A DNA stretch of 63,814 nt, filler included, from Vannella sp. (Eukaryota): assembly GCA_023345925.1 (NCBI GenBank). It is 8 parts of 8 records of this genome, joined end to end, with 100 filler letters (N's around TTAATTAATTAA, not from the genome) between each part and the next. Parts side by side here need not be neighbours in the genome. Positions count along the whole stretch, not along the records: positions 39,568 to 50,212 come from JAJQQN010001068.1; positions 50,313 to 59,576 come from JAJQQN010001105.1; 6 more parts are not named here. One strand, given 5' to 3'. Of this stretch, positions 45,435 through 57,711 are shown piece after piece. The first letter of the stretch is position 1. Each line of letters starts with the position of its first letter. The position numbers were made by a program, and so were the translations under genes. The notes beneath the pieces are model-generated. The model searched no databases and was not told where the DNA came from. It saw only the letters and a list, made by a program, of their open reading frames with translations.

Positions 45435-46278
45435 ATGGGGCAGGATGTCAAGATTATGGTCGTTGGGGATGGGTACGTTCTCCATTGACGGAGGTGTGGA
45501 GCGTGAAGTTTAATCCACTCTGTTTCTAGCTCTGTTGGCAAAACCTGCATGCTCATCTCATACACGACAAACTCCTTCCCTGGCGAGTAGGTTTTACTGC
45601 TTCACTCTGGCCACTTTGACTAACACGTGGGTGAATAAGGTACGTGCCTACTGTTTTTGACAACTACACAGCAAACGCCATCGTGGAAGGACAGCCCATC
45701 AACCTCGGTCTGTGGGATACCGCTGGTTCCGACGAATACAACACGCTCCGTCCTTTGAGCTACCCAGGAACAGATGTGTTCATTATTTGCTTCTCTCTTG
45801 CGTCACCCTCGAGTTTTGAGAATGTCAAAACCAAGGTGAGTGACCCACTGGAAGCATGCGCCCTTTCTGCTCCTCCGTTCAGTTCCTAACAGGCAAGGGC
45901 GATTAATAGTGGTTCGCGGAGGTGAACCACTTCAACCCTAAGACACCCATCGTCCTGGTAGGAACCAAGCTTGATTTGAGGGACAGCCCGCAAACCATAC
46001 AGAGCCTCAAGGAGAACGACTTGAAGCCCGTGTCTAGCGAACAGGTACATCCCTACTCGGAACTCTAAGGTTGCATGCAAGTTTTAACGTCAATATTCCC
46101 GTAGGGAGAGCGCCTCGCCAAGGAGATTGGGGCAGCGAAGTTCCTCGAGTGCTCTGCTAAGAACCAGAAGGGGTTGCCAACCGTCTTTGAAGAAGCAGTC
46201 AAGGCCGTATTTGCCGACCAAAAGGAACAGGCAGGACCTGGTGGGAAGAAGAAGAAGGATAAGTGCGTCATCATGTGA
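45435..46278 (+). CDS. Rho-family GTPase, RacH-like (5 exons)
   Basis: [57 protein letters not shown] and CAAX CVIM. Confidence 0.93.
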
Positions 46279-46741
46279 GCACCTCAATAACAAACACGTG
46301 TAATTGATCTCTCCCTCCTGGATCCTCTCTGCCCGCCATGTAAACTTGTGATTCAATGAAAGGCTCCCTTCAAGCGACAACCCCGTTTCTGTGCTCGCCT
46401 TTCACCCTCAGCGTCCGATCAACAGGAAAGCTTCGACGTTCTGGTCGTTTAGACAGATCACTCTTTAGCGCGTCTTTGATGAGGAGAAGGGGGGCTTGAT
46501 GGGTGTGTTGGTGGTGCTCGTAGACCAAGGGCCCATGAGAAGGAGCCACTCGGAGAAAAATACCATCTTTCACTCTCGCGAGGACAACTAGAGAAACCGG
46601 GCAAAGTTGCCCGGCCCTCAACTATGCGCGCTTTGAAACTTTACCTTGACAGAGGTCGCCAAGGCAGGACATGTCCACTATCGCCGGGAGGTATTTTGGG
46701 ACATCTTTAGTCTTTGTTCTTCGCCTTGGAGAGGTTCGTTG

Positions 46742-47258
46742 ATGGTTCGCTTCAAGAACCGCTACGTGTTGGGGCGTGTAGAGTGGTTTGCTGGTGATAG
46801 GATGGAGCTCTCTACTACAACAGAGAGAGGAGTTGGTTCTTCGGACATCTTCCGGGCGCTTCGGGCTTTGGTGGAGAGAACCTTTGGTCAGTTTGGGTTC
46901 GCCACCATCCAGGCTTCTTTGCAGAGTAAGTGAGCGACTTGCGGGGTTCTTCCTCTGATGGCTCTGGTGTAGTCAAGTATTGGAACGAAAAGACAGGGTC
47001 TTGCATCATTCGGGTGGCTCGCGATCACTCTACGGCTCTCATCTCGTCCCTGGCGCACCTAAAAGAGATCGGCCACTCCTCTTGCTGCTGGAATACGCTT
47101 CATGTCTCTGGTAAGCGGGCTCTCCTTCATCCCATGTACCTTCTAATGACGTAGGCACGATCCGCAAGTGCCAGAAGGCGCTCTTCTTACTCGACAAAGA
47201 GGAACTTCTTACCGACGCTCTGGCAGATGACGACGATGTCACACAGCTTATAGAGTAG
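46742..47258 (+). CDS. POP5: RNase P/MRP subunit Pop5/Rpp14 (3 exons)
   Basis: MVRFKNRY, VKYWNEKTGSCIIRVAR and TLHVSG-TIRKCQ. Confidence 0.88.
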
Positions 47259-47303
47259 ACTGGAAGTGGGTTCAATGTACAGTAATGGTCTTTATTGGTA
47301 CAT

Positions 47304-49973
47304 TCAGTCGGTCTCCTGGTCCTCCATTTGGATTGAACCGGTTTGCTGTTCCATGTCCAGTTCAGAGTAGACTTGAGGGCGACGGCAGCAGTGTACCAGG
47401 TAATGGAAGAGCCCTGTGATGTCCCGGGCAAAGTGAGGATCTCTCTTCAACTTCACCACAAGAAGGAACGATGCAAATAGGACTGCGAGGATAGCCACAG
47501 AAACTACTGCATAGTCTGTTATGTTCCAGTTGGAGAGGATGCGCAGGGGGACTTCTATGGAGTCTCGCACAAAGTCAATGCATATTTCCCCTTCCCAACC
47601 TTCGTCACATTGGCACACATTGGTTGCCACACAGGTGCCATGGCTACACGCTCTTTCGCAAAGGGCTAGTGAAGGTAAGATAATGAGAACAGAAGAGGGG
47701 GAGAACATACGGAGCTCGCAACGGTTTCCCGTGTACCCAACATCCGCGCACTCGCACGTATTTGGCTTGTGTGTGCTGCATGTTGCTCCATGCAAGCACT
47801 CTGGAACACAAATGAACCTCTCCGTTACAACCACAGAGAAGGGAATAGGCGAGCACTCAGAGCAGCCACTAACTGTTTCAATGTAAAAGTACCAGTCACT
47901 GCCATTGGACAAGGAAAGGAATTGAGTTTGGTACTCGAAAGCGTAAATCGAGTTTTCCAAACGCGACGGTTCTGTGACGACTAGTGAGGGCGGTGGTGAG
48001 ATCCTATTGTCTGGGAGAGAAGGACAATGGCCTTCTTGGAAGTGAATAGCCAACAATTGATCTTCTGGAAGATCTGTGAAGTTTCCGTTATCTTTGATTT
48101 TAACCTGGAAGGAGGTACTAAGTTAGTTTGTTCTCAAAGATCTTCGCTCTTCGGACCTGAACAAACCACTCTGCAAAGCTTGGCAGTTTGAAAGAGAAAT
48201 ATTCAGGATGTGGGTGAACCAACTCTCCAAGGATCTTTCTTCCCATTACTACCTCTTGAAGCAGTCCCACTACTCAAGATTAGAGTCCCGAGACCTCAGG
48301 AATCATTATAAACGTACCCCAAATACGGATTCCAAAGGAGCATTCCTCCATCTCCGAGGAGCAATAAACGGCAAAGTACCAAGTTCCTTCTTGAGAGGAA
48401 GTGTGTTCCATTGAGCTCTCGCATGGCCTCGTAAGAATTAGAGTTCTCGCCCTCTCGGCATCTCCTTCTGAATCTAATTGCACTTCAAAGCGTTGGTCAA
48501 AGGACTCCGGGACGGGCGCGCAACCAAAGCGGGCTAAAAGGGTGAGAGAAAGAGGTTCAGCCGCGACTTCACCAGGTGGGAGCATTAGATCCACTTCCAG
48601 AGATCCAAAGGTTTTAGGAACATCGATAAAGGCTCTCCAGGCTTCATTGGTCGCTGTTTCGTGCGGATAGAGCTTTTGATTCTCTACCAACCGACCTGTG
48701 TTGTTGCTATTACATTGCTGGTCACACAGCTCCCCGTAAAAGCCCATTTCACAAACACAGGCCCCTTCAACACAATGTCCAAAGTCTCCACAGTCACATT
48801 CTCCCGCTTTCGTGGAGCAGTTTGGGCCAGTCCAACCTGACCGGCATTGACAAACCCCTTCATTGCAAGTGGCATGGTCTCCGCACTCCTCAGGACAGCT
48901 TGAGTCTTCAGAGCCAGAGCCAGAGCCCAGTTAGTGAGGAAGCGAGTCTCTCTTCACACTTACTACAACCGGAAGCTGGTGACTGAAAGCAGCCCAGCTC
49001 TAAAGAGGGAATGTCAATGGGAAGTAGAATTGAGCATCCGCGGGAAGCTACCATCTGTAGACAGTAACTGACAATGTCCTCACCAAGAGAGGAGGAGAAT
49101 TCTGTGCTGAAGTTATACGGTCGAACGCACACTTCACACGTAACTCTGTCATCTACGTTAGCTTGTGGTATCTGGTCGTGAGAGAACATACGGCCCAACA
49201 GCCTTGAGGATTTGGCATTGGGGCTCAAGAGGCTGGTTGGTGGGCAGATCTAGCGTAATGTGGCCAACTTCCTTGCTGTTTAGAGTTACAGAGAAGGACG
49301 CTTGACATAGCCCTATCTCTGTATCTACGCATAGACGAGTGTCTATTGGGGGAGGGAGAACGAAACATTGCGAATGATCATCAGGGGACGGTGAAGGCGA
49401 GGGAGTCCCGTCTGCATCTGTTGGAGTATCACAGAAGGGCAGCTCCCAACCATCTTCGCAAATGCATGTGCCAGCGTCGCATATCCCCTTTCCTTCGCCT
49501 CCGCAGTCTTGAGGACAAGCAACTAGTCAAAGTGAGTGTTTCCTGTCCTTGAACAGCGCATGTCACTTACAACAGCCCTCAGAAGTTGTGTTGTAGATAA
49601 CACTGCATCCAAAGTCCTCGCTGAAGTCGAGATCAGAGGAGGAGCAGCGGCTGGTGATGTTGGAGCAGATAGTGGCATCAAACTCTCCAGGGAAGTTGCT
49701 GGGTGTGACATCAAAGTCATAGATAGATACACATAGATCGCATGGACCGTATACTCCACAAAGAGAGCGCGTCTCGTCAAGATTGATGGTGCCATGAAGG
49801 GCCTCTCCATCGAACTGAACGTCTACCACCGCTTGGCAGTCCCCCACGATCTCCACAGAGAGACAAACATCCCTTGGTTCTTCCAAGCTATTCACAACCA
49901 AGCAGCTTTGGTCAGAAAGAACAAAAGCCGCCAACAACAGTAGAGACAGCCCTCTTCCCCACCCGCTTCTCAT
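47304..49973 (-). CDS. EGF-like-repeat single-pass cell-surface protein (multi-exon)
   Basis: Signal peptide, multiple EGF units (CLHGATC..CECADVGYTGNRC; CSHGTCVATNVCQCDEGWEGEIC), and a C-terminal TM segment with a short tail. Confidence 0.8.
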
Positions 49974-50212
49974 TAAAATACCTTCACTTCCCTGAACCCC
50001 TTTTGTTCTGGAAGAAGGTTCACTCAGAATGCGAAAGCGAGAAGATCCCATAATTCTAGTGCCTTTGGAAAAGTTTCTGGAAAGATCCGCGATCGTCCCG
50101 ATCGAGCGACTAGAGAGCAGTCTCTCTGTCTCGGGATGGACGCGGAGTACAAGTATGACGCGTTTGATGATGGTTCATCGAGTAAGAGGAGGGTATGAAG
50201 AATGTGCTGTCA

Positions 50213-50312
50213 NNNNNNNNNNNNNNNNNNNNNNNNNNNNNNNNNNNNNNNNNNNNTTAATTAATTAANNNNNNNNNNNNNNNNNNNNNNNNNNNNNNNN
50301 NNNNNNNNNNNN
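50213..50312. other. Artificial contig linker
   Basis: N44-TTAATTAATTAA-N44. Confidence 0.99.
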
Positions 50313-50781
50313 GTCTCCAGAGCAAAGGCTGACACCAGATCTTCTGAGGCTGGCAGAAAGAGCCAACACTCCTTCGTTCTCCATTGCCAATGCAGGTACT
50401 TTGAAGGTCTCCATCATCAACTGCGTGGTTTTCTCGCGGTCCCTCTGTGGCGTCATCGGGGCGTCGCTGAGGAGGAGGGGCTGATCCTCTGGAGATCTCC
50501 AAAGTTCATGACGAATAGTCTGTTTGTAGAGCTCTTCGATGGTACCCAGTCTTTGACAATGCCATGTTCTATTGGAAAGTGGAAAGACATCATCCCTCCC
50601 TACCCACTTTTTTGCTTCTGTTCCAATTGATGGTGTGGATCATTGTCGTTGGAAAGCACTCTCTTGCCTTCATTGCCTGCTGGTATGCAAGCATTGGAGT
50701 TTCTTCTCCAGCAAACCCCGCCTTCCACACGCCGCTCCCCTTGTCGATGACCACCGCAGGTTTCTTCGGACATGCGAACAA
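50313..50781 (-). pseudogene. Divergent actin-like sequence with frameshifts, 3' truncated
   Basis: AVVIDKGSGVWKAGFAGE, IGTEAKK, FPIEHGIVKDW and PLLLSDAPMTP..REKTTQLMMETFKVPAL lie in three different reading frames. Confidence 0.75.
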
Positions 50782-50857
50782 AGAGTGAAGAGGATTTGGG
50801 CTAGTTTGTCAATGATTTGAAGTAGAACGGGAGAGAATCAGTCTTCTTCGTCTTTGG

Positions 50858-52481
50858 ATGGCGCGCGCCTTCTTGGTTCTCGTGGGCCTTGTGCTGTGCT
50901 GTGGGGTGCTTGCTGCGCAAAAGACCTTGGTGGTAGTTGATGATTTGTCGGTGGAGAGCTCTCACTCGCTGTTCTTCAAGTCTCTGAGAGGTGAGCGCGA
51001 TCCTTCTTGCTCGCGGCTGGGTGACGCCTTTGCTGACTTCTTCTGTGCCTGCAGATCGCGGCTATGAGTTAAACTTCCGCCTGGCATCCTACAGAAGCCT
51101 TGAGCTCCGTCAGGAAGAGGAGTTCATCTACGACTCTCTCATCTTCTTCGCTTCAGAGAGTGAGCGTACGTTTACAGCTCCCTCTTTGGGGGTCCTCTCC
51201 CACTGACCATCAGAATACCACTCATCTTCTATGTAGGATGGAATGAGAAGGCCATTGGCCTCAGCACTATCCTGGAGTTCATCGATTCAGGTGCAGGAGA
51301 TGTTCTCGTTGCAGGAGCAGGCAATGTGGGTGGCCCTCCGCCCTATGTCAGTGATCAAACGTAACAATAACCGATGTAGTTGAACAATTTTGTCGCCTCC
51401 TTTACTGAGGAATGCGGTGCAGAGTTCGCCAGTTCTGGAAGCTTCGTCATCGACCACGTGGAGTTCGATCAGAGTGACAATGACGGCTTCCACACTCTCA
51501 TCGCCGCTGATAACTTTGTTAACACCGCTGTCTTTGGTTCCGTGAAGCCCCGTCCAGTCCTCTACCGAGGGTGAGCCAAACCCATGCTTGACACGGCGCA
51601 CTGAGCTAATCTCCTCCTGAAAGCAACGGAATGAGCCTCCGCTCTGACAACAAGCTTGTCTTCCCCATCTTGGCTGGTTCCCCCACGTCCTTCTGCCAGA
51701 ATCCAGAGGACGCCACAGCAGACAACCTCCATTCCACTGGTACGCAGAGCCCCCAAGTGACACACCCATTCTCACTCGATGGCTTCTTTAGGTCGTAACC
51801 TTGTGCTAGTGGCTGGTCTTCAGGCCCGAAACAACCGCCGAGTGGTCATCTCCGGAAGCACAGAGTTGTTCAGTGACAAGTTCTTCACCACAGAGATCAC
51901 CTCCCGCGATGGCAAGACCACCCCTTCTGGGAACCGTGAGTTCGCTACTGAGCTGGCCCGATGGACCTTCGGAGAGCGCGGTCAGATCCGCCTCAAGTCA
52001 GTCACGCATCACGTTGAGGGCCAGGTGGAACAGAAGACTGCCTACACCATTAAGGATCAGTTCGTCTGCACGGTTGAGTTGGAAGTGTTCAATGGCACCG
52101 TATGGGAAGGCTTCTCTGCCTCTGACTTGCAACTTGAGCTTCAAATGCTCGACCCCTACGTTCGAAAGACCTTCGTTGATGAAGGCCAGGGCAAGTTCAC
52201 CTCTCACTTCCAGATCCCTGACGTGTACGGAGTGTTCACACTCAAAGTGGACTACAATCGCGTGGGATTCACTTCCATTTCCCACCACGAGGTCATCACC
52301 ATCCTCCCCTTCCGCCATACGGACTACGAGCGCTTCATCGTCACTGGTAAGACCTCCATCCCCACCACTATCCCCATCACAACCAGCTCACCCAAGCACA
52401 GCTTACCCGTACTACGCGGGCGCCATTTCCATGATCGCCGGAGTCACGCTCTTCTCCCTCATCTTCCTCTTCACCCAATAA
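50858..52481 (+). CDS. DDOST: Oligosaccharyltransferase subunit OST48/Wbp1 (multi-exon)
   Basis: SHSLFFKSL, ILEFIDSG, LVAGLQARNNRRVVISGS, QLELQMLDPYVR, PDVYGVF, PFRHTDYERFI and AYPYYAG. Confidence 0.95.
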
Positions 52482-52572
52482 AGCAGCGTTGGCAGTACCT
52501 TAGCGGTTGCGAAGGGTGACTGCCACTGTCACTGTCACAGTCGATGTCATTGTCATTCCTTCCTGTTTGAGG

Positions 52573-53489
52573 ATGCAAGGTGGGGCGGGGCCGTCTTACT
52601 ACCCCAACTTGGGTGCTTCGGACCAGGGAGAGGGTCCCCGGTCGTCACAACCTCCTCCACAACGATATAATGATGATCCTGGGTATCCTAGTTATCCCAG
52701 CTTTGGTCGGTACTCGGCGGACCAACGGATATCTACGGTACGTGGTATTGGTGGCTTCTCTGGTGGGACTGACCGGTACTGTAGGTAGAGTACATGTGTG
52801 ACCAACTTCTCGCTGCTACATATGACCCTCGGATGGTCCTTGACTTCCGCCGGGAGAACTTTCAGAACTTGAAAGAGGTGGCAGGCACCCTCCTTCGTGC
52901 CATCGAGTCAGCAGCCAACGATACTCCATACCATAGACCTCCTCCCATGCCTCAGTATCACCCCAGCTATTCTCGAGCGCCCAATCCTCCAATCAACCCC
53001 GAAGTCTCTCATGCCACAACAGAGAACCGTCCTCCGCCACTGCCAGTGCCTTCCAGTCCCTCAGTGCAACCCCTTACCGAGTATCCTGTCGTTCAGCACC
53101 CCTCAAACTCCTCTGAGAGGCTAACCATGCCCATGGGAGGACCAAACCCGGCGCCGCATTCTTTTCACACCAACCTGTCCCACATGGCACCTGTGGCCTC
53201 GTCAGAGTACCCCTCTATCAAGGGGATGGGTAAACTCACCAACAGGACCCTCAAGATCCGCCCTCCCACCACAGGACCGCCAGTCCCGCGGTCCTCCTTA
53301 CCTCAGGTAGACCCTCCAAAGCCTGCCGCATCTCTCATGTCCTCCTTTACCTCAAACAAGGCGTTTGAAGTCATCTGGGATGAACGCGCTAGCAAAGAGA
53401 AGAAGGCCAGGCGCCCACGGGTAGGTCAACCTCCCTTCTCCCTTCCTCCTTCCCTCACGCGGCCCTGCAGAAACCAAAGCAGCCAGTGA
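52573..53489 (+). CDS. Hypothetical proline-rich protein (multi-exon, ends uncertain)
   Basis: Two Pro-rich ORFs separated by an intron-like GTACGT...AG segment. Confidence 0.45.
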
Positions 53490-53590
53490 ACTCGTAGAGA
53501 GTCACTCATACGCATGTACTATAGAAGGGATCCCTAAAGGACCCAGTAAAGCCGTTAATGTGGTCATTATTTGCGCTCCCCCATCTCATC

Positions 53591-54137
53591 ATGTCGCTCT
53601 CGCAGCTTGTGAAGGATCACCAGAAGCGCAAGACAGTGCTAAGGGAAGACAGTGGTAAGCACTTGAGGAAGAGTGGAGGGTCTGAGGAAGGGGACTGAGT
53701 AAGATGGTGCTTTAGAACGACTGAGGAAGGCCGCCATCGACTCGATCGCTCAGACTACCGAAGTGATGATGGAGACGGTCAATTCGGACGTGTGTTTCAT
53801 CTTTAACAATCAGGTAATGACCAGGAGAAGGTTCTTGGAGGTCTCTTCTCACTCCTGAGGGAAGAGAAAGCTTGAAGCGCAGGGAAAGAAGTTGCAGCAG
53901 GAGACTGCTCGCTTCTCTAAGCAGACTGCGCAGTGGGTTAGCTCGGTGGAGTCCTTTAATAACACTCTCAAGGTAAGCCAAAGCGCTACTGTACAAGTGC
54001 ATGTTGTAACCACTTTGTTCCTGCCTTAGGAGCTCGGAGACATCCAGAACTGGGCCCAGATGATCGAGAACGACATGAAAGCAATCTCTCTTACTCTGGA
54101 AGAGATCCACAAGGCCTCTGCAGCTGGCAGACTGTAA
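53591..54137 (+). CDS. BLOC1S1: BLOC-1/BORC subunit 1 (GCN5L1), 4 exons
   Basis: Spliced sequence MSLSQLVKDHQ...FNNQ-RKLE..LQQETARFSKQTAQW..FNNTLK-ELGDIQNWAQMIENDMKAISLTLE. Confidence 0.92.
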
Positions 54138-54177
54138 AGAAGCTTTGAGAACAGCTTTCCCGTTTATCTCCTCGCGC

Positions 54178-54654
54178 TTAGCCATTGAACTCAGGGAAGG
54201 CTGCGCGAGTGTGAGCTACAACCTCATCGGCCATAGCTTTGCCTTCTGAAGAGTTCAAACAGACCAAGCACCAGCCGAAGCAGGTAAAGTTGATGAAGTA
54301 GAAGCGCTCGCCCTTGGCGCTGTCCTCGCATGTGTATGACTCATAGATACAGCTCTTCCGTACTCGCTCTTCGTAGTAGAGCTTGAACTGGTCCACATGC
54401 TTGGGCAAGGAGGCAGGAAAGACGGCGAGCTCTGCTCCTATGGGGATACGCGGTGTATCTGCAGTTTGGTGAATGACCTTACTGACAAGGACCTTCGTGA
54501 TCTGCACGGAATAGTGAGGGACAGAGGGGCTTTGAAGGTCAATCTCTTGCGCTTCCACGCGGACCTCCTTTCCCACCACCACTGCCTGGCAAAGCGATAC
54601 AACGTGGTCTAACGCCTTTCCACGGATCTTGTTCTTGAACTTGAGGTCGGCCAT
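54178..54654 (-). CDS. Hypothetical intronless protein
   Basis: 158-aa ORF with globular-looking composition, convergent with BLOC1S1. Confidence 0.6.
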   Translation of the reverse strand: MADLKFKNKIRGKALDHVVSLCQAVVVGKEVRVEAQEIDLQSPSVPHYSVQITKVLVSKVIHQTADTPRIPIGAELAVFPASLPKHVDQFKLYYEERVRKSCIYESYTCEDSAKGERFYFINFTCFGWCLVCLNSSEGKAMADEVVAHTRAAFPEFNG

Positions 54655-55039
54655 GTACCCAGCCCCTCCCTTTGAACCTAATAATGTCCCCTTCAAGCCC
54701 ACCCACCGAAAAGGGCGCTTTTCAGCTTCCTCCTGAACCCATTTATGAGATCATAGATGCGGCGTCTGGCACGATCGGTGTGGAAGAGGGAGGGACGAGC
54801 TTGTGTGGAAAAGAACCAGAGGAAGATGTCCCACCGAGATGGTTGCCATATTCTCGAGCTTAGCTTTGTCGCAGCAAACTAATACATGGTGTCCAATAAA
54901 TCCGCTAAACTGTTGAAGGGGGGACCGTTGGCGCTTGGGCCATCGGGAGGTGGGCTTCGGTAGGGCTTCGATCGATGTTCTAGGTTTGTGTCCATTTTAC
55001 TCGCGCGGAGTCCAAAAGAGAGACAAGATTAGTCATGTG

Positions 55040-55082
55040 GGAATGGCGGAATGCCGGAATGACGGAATGGCGGAATGTCGGA
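55040..55082. repeat. Tandem 8-bp repeat (GGAATGNC)x5
   Basis: ggaatggc ggaatgcc ggaatgac ggaatggc ggaatgtc gga; further CATTCC/GGAATG copies extend to ~55172. Confidence 0.9.
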
Positions 55083-55510
55083 GTTAATGCATTCCTTCAT
55101 TCCCATTCAGGAGGACTTGCTTAATTAAGTCAAATTTGTCATTCCGTCGTTTCCATGGAATGCACTGGAATGAGGACTAGTGTTGACAAATGGAAGGACA
55201 TTTGCTTGCTGCCCCATGACTTTCACACACGATTCTTCCAGTCCCTGTTGGTCCATTGACTCTTATGTAGAGTCGTCACCGATCCCCATTCCTAAAATGC
55301 GTGCGGAACTGTCATCAGACCTCTCCTCATCCTTCAAACCTCCTCACCTCCTTCGAGAAGCCGGATCTCTCTCCTCCCCTCCTGAATCTCCCCGGACCCG
55401 AAACAGGCGTCGCCGGTTGCTGTGGTAAAGAAAACCTCTCCGTCCGAATACACCCTCTCTAAAGCTTATCCTAAAGAGATGGAGGTCAGATTGAATCATT
55501 TTTTGGTGGG

Positions 55511-57623
55511 ATGGGCGCTTTGGGGGCGGCTCTGACGTGCGGAATCATTTTGTGCTTGTTGATGGGTGTTCGTGGCCAGTGTCGAGTCACTGCAAAGGTC
55601 CAGCCCAATGGCTGTCAGTAAGTAAGTCTCAGCCATGCTTGGAAGCTGATGGAATGGCCAAGAGGGGCGAATGAGTTCTGTAGCCTTCAGGAGGCTATTA
55701 CCATTGGATGCTACACCTTGCCAACGTGTATTGGACAAGATATAGCATGTCAAGTCATCGTTTTGGCAAGGATAACGGGGCCCGGGAACGTCAGTACGAT
55801 GAACGTTCTGTTTTGACCCTCAGAGAGTTATTCTCACGCCTTATAGACCTCACTTTTGGTGCTGAATCATTGACCAACATCACGTCCTTGTCCATCAACT
55901 TCATTGATGTTGAATTGGACGGAGTAAGCCGGTCTCTTCATTTTCTCAATTCCTCATTCTCCCACTCTTTGCAGGGCTTCTTCTTGCACATGCTAGATAT
56001 CCAAAGCAACGTCTCTTTACAGGGAGTGTCCGGTCGCTACATCTACGGTGGCCGTAGTTTAACTCCGATATTGTTTCAGTCAACGGTTCCGAATGTGTCT
56101 TTGTCACTTACCCAAGTTTCCATTCAAGAGTATGTCAGGATATACGAACCCCAGAGCCCCATTTACCAATTCAATTCAGCTGCAAGACTGTAGACGGAGT
56201 TCCTGCAGGAATTTGGGTGGATTCTCCGGGAAGGGTGCAACTCAGCGATATCTCCTTCGCCCAAACAACAGTGAGAACGGGAGACTAACTATCAATGGAA
56301 ACTGATTTTTGCAGAGCTTGGGTGATTGTGCTGGAATCCGCATAGAGTTGTATGATTCAACTGAATTATTGTCGAGAGTTTCTCTCTTTGGAACAGATCT
56401 TACGGGGGGCAATGGTGGCTTGCTATGTCTTCACAGTCACTCTCCTTATATCTCAGTCGAGATACCCTTTTGGTCATGCTCTAACTGCAAGGCCGACCGC
56501 GGGGTGAGTTTCCTTTCGAGTGCTCTTTTTCCTGTTTAACCTACTTTGAAGGCGTGTGTCTTCATTGAAGGCCGTGGATTCTTTTCTTTCAGCCAACCAA
56601 TGATTGCAGGAAACTCTCGGTAAGATCCTCCTCCCTCTTCGTATATTCCAATCTTAATGACTTGAAGCGCCGCCAATGGATCTGTCGTTTACGCAAAGGA
56701 TTTTGATGGTCTAGTATTCAATTCGTCTTCCATTGAGGGCCAATCCCTGAGCACAGCCCTTCATGGAGCAGGAATTTTTGCCTCCAGTTCGGTGGCGAAT
56801 TCCACTGTGGGACTGTATGACACCCAGTTATCATCACTTTCCTCTTCTAGTGATGGAGGTAAGGTATATTTCCCTGTTTATCCCGTTATTCACAAAGCTA
56901 GCTTGCATGTATATCGAGAATGTGGATTCTGTCTTGATGTTTAGTAGCTCCTTCGCTGATTGTTCCACCGAGAGTGGGCGTGGCGTGAGTATTAACATCA
57001 AACTTGAGTCAATCTGATATCATTATTAGGGCGCAGTTGCGCTTTCCAACATCAGAAACATCGAAATAGTGCAAATGACCTTCTCACAAAATCGTGCTTC
57101 TCAAGGAGCGTCCGTCGCTTGTTTTGGAGTTTCTGAGGAAGTGACCTCTCGTTACATTCAGTTTATAGGAAGCCAGAGCAGCAGTTCAGCAACGAGTACG
57201 GTCGATCTTTGGAGTGAAGGCGGCTGTAAGGGAAGTATCTGGAATGCTCCAGTCGGTTGCCCTCCTCAGTCACCAGGCTGTCAAGGATGTAATACCTCAG
57301 CTTGCGGTATCACCACAGATTCCTGTTATTGTTACTGTGACTCACTCACCGAAGAAACACGAGGTTGCCCGAATGACCCTTCATTGCCATCTACCGCTCC
57401 CTCTGCATCCAGCACCGTGACTGTTTCTACTTCACGTTCTGCCACGCCCTCTCCTTCTCCCTCTACCGGTGATGGAACTCGAAGTCCAGCCTCCTGGTTT
57501 GGCATAATCTTGGCGGTGGTGATTGGATTGGCAGTATTGGTGGTTCTCCTCGTCGGAGCATTCCTCGCAATCAAGAAGTACCGCCCCCAATGGCTTCATT
57601 CTTACGCAAAGATAGAAGAATAA
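55511..57623 (+). CDS. Intron-rich single-pass surface protein (beta-helix-like ectodomain, Cys-rich and Ser/Thr stalk)
   Basis: Signal peptide MGALGAALTCGIILCLL, GGNGG/FSQNRASQGA repeats, Cys cluster, S/T/P stalk, and TM WFGIILAVVIGLAVLVVLLVGAFLAI. Confidence 0.7.
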
Positions 57624-57711
57624 ATAGTCAACAGGGCAAGAGATAGGATCAAGCAAAGTGTCTTGGGATAATGTACACCACTTCCACTTCTTCTGGTGGG
57701 CATAAGTCGCT

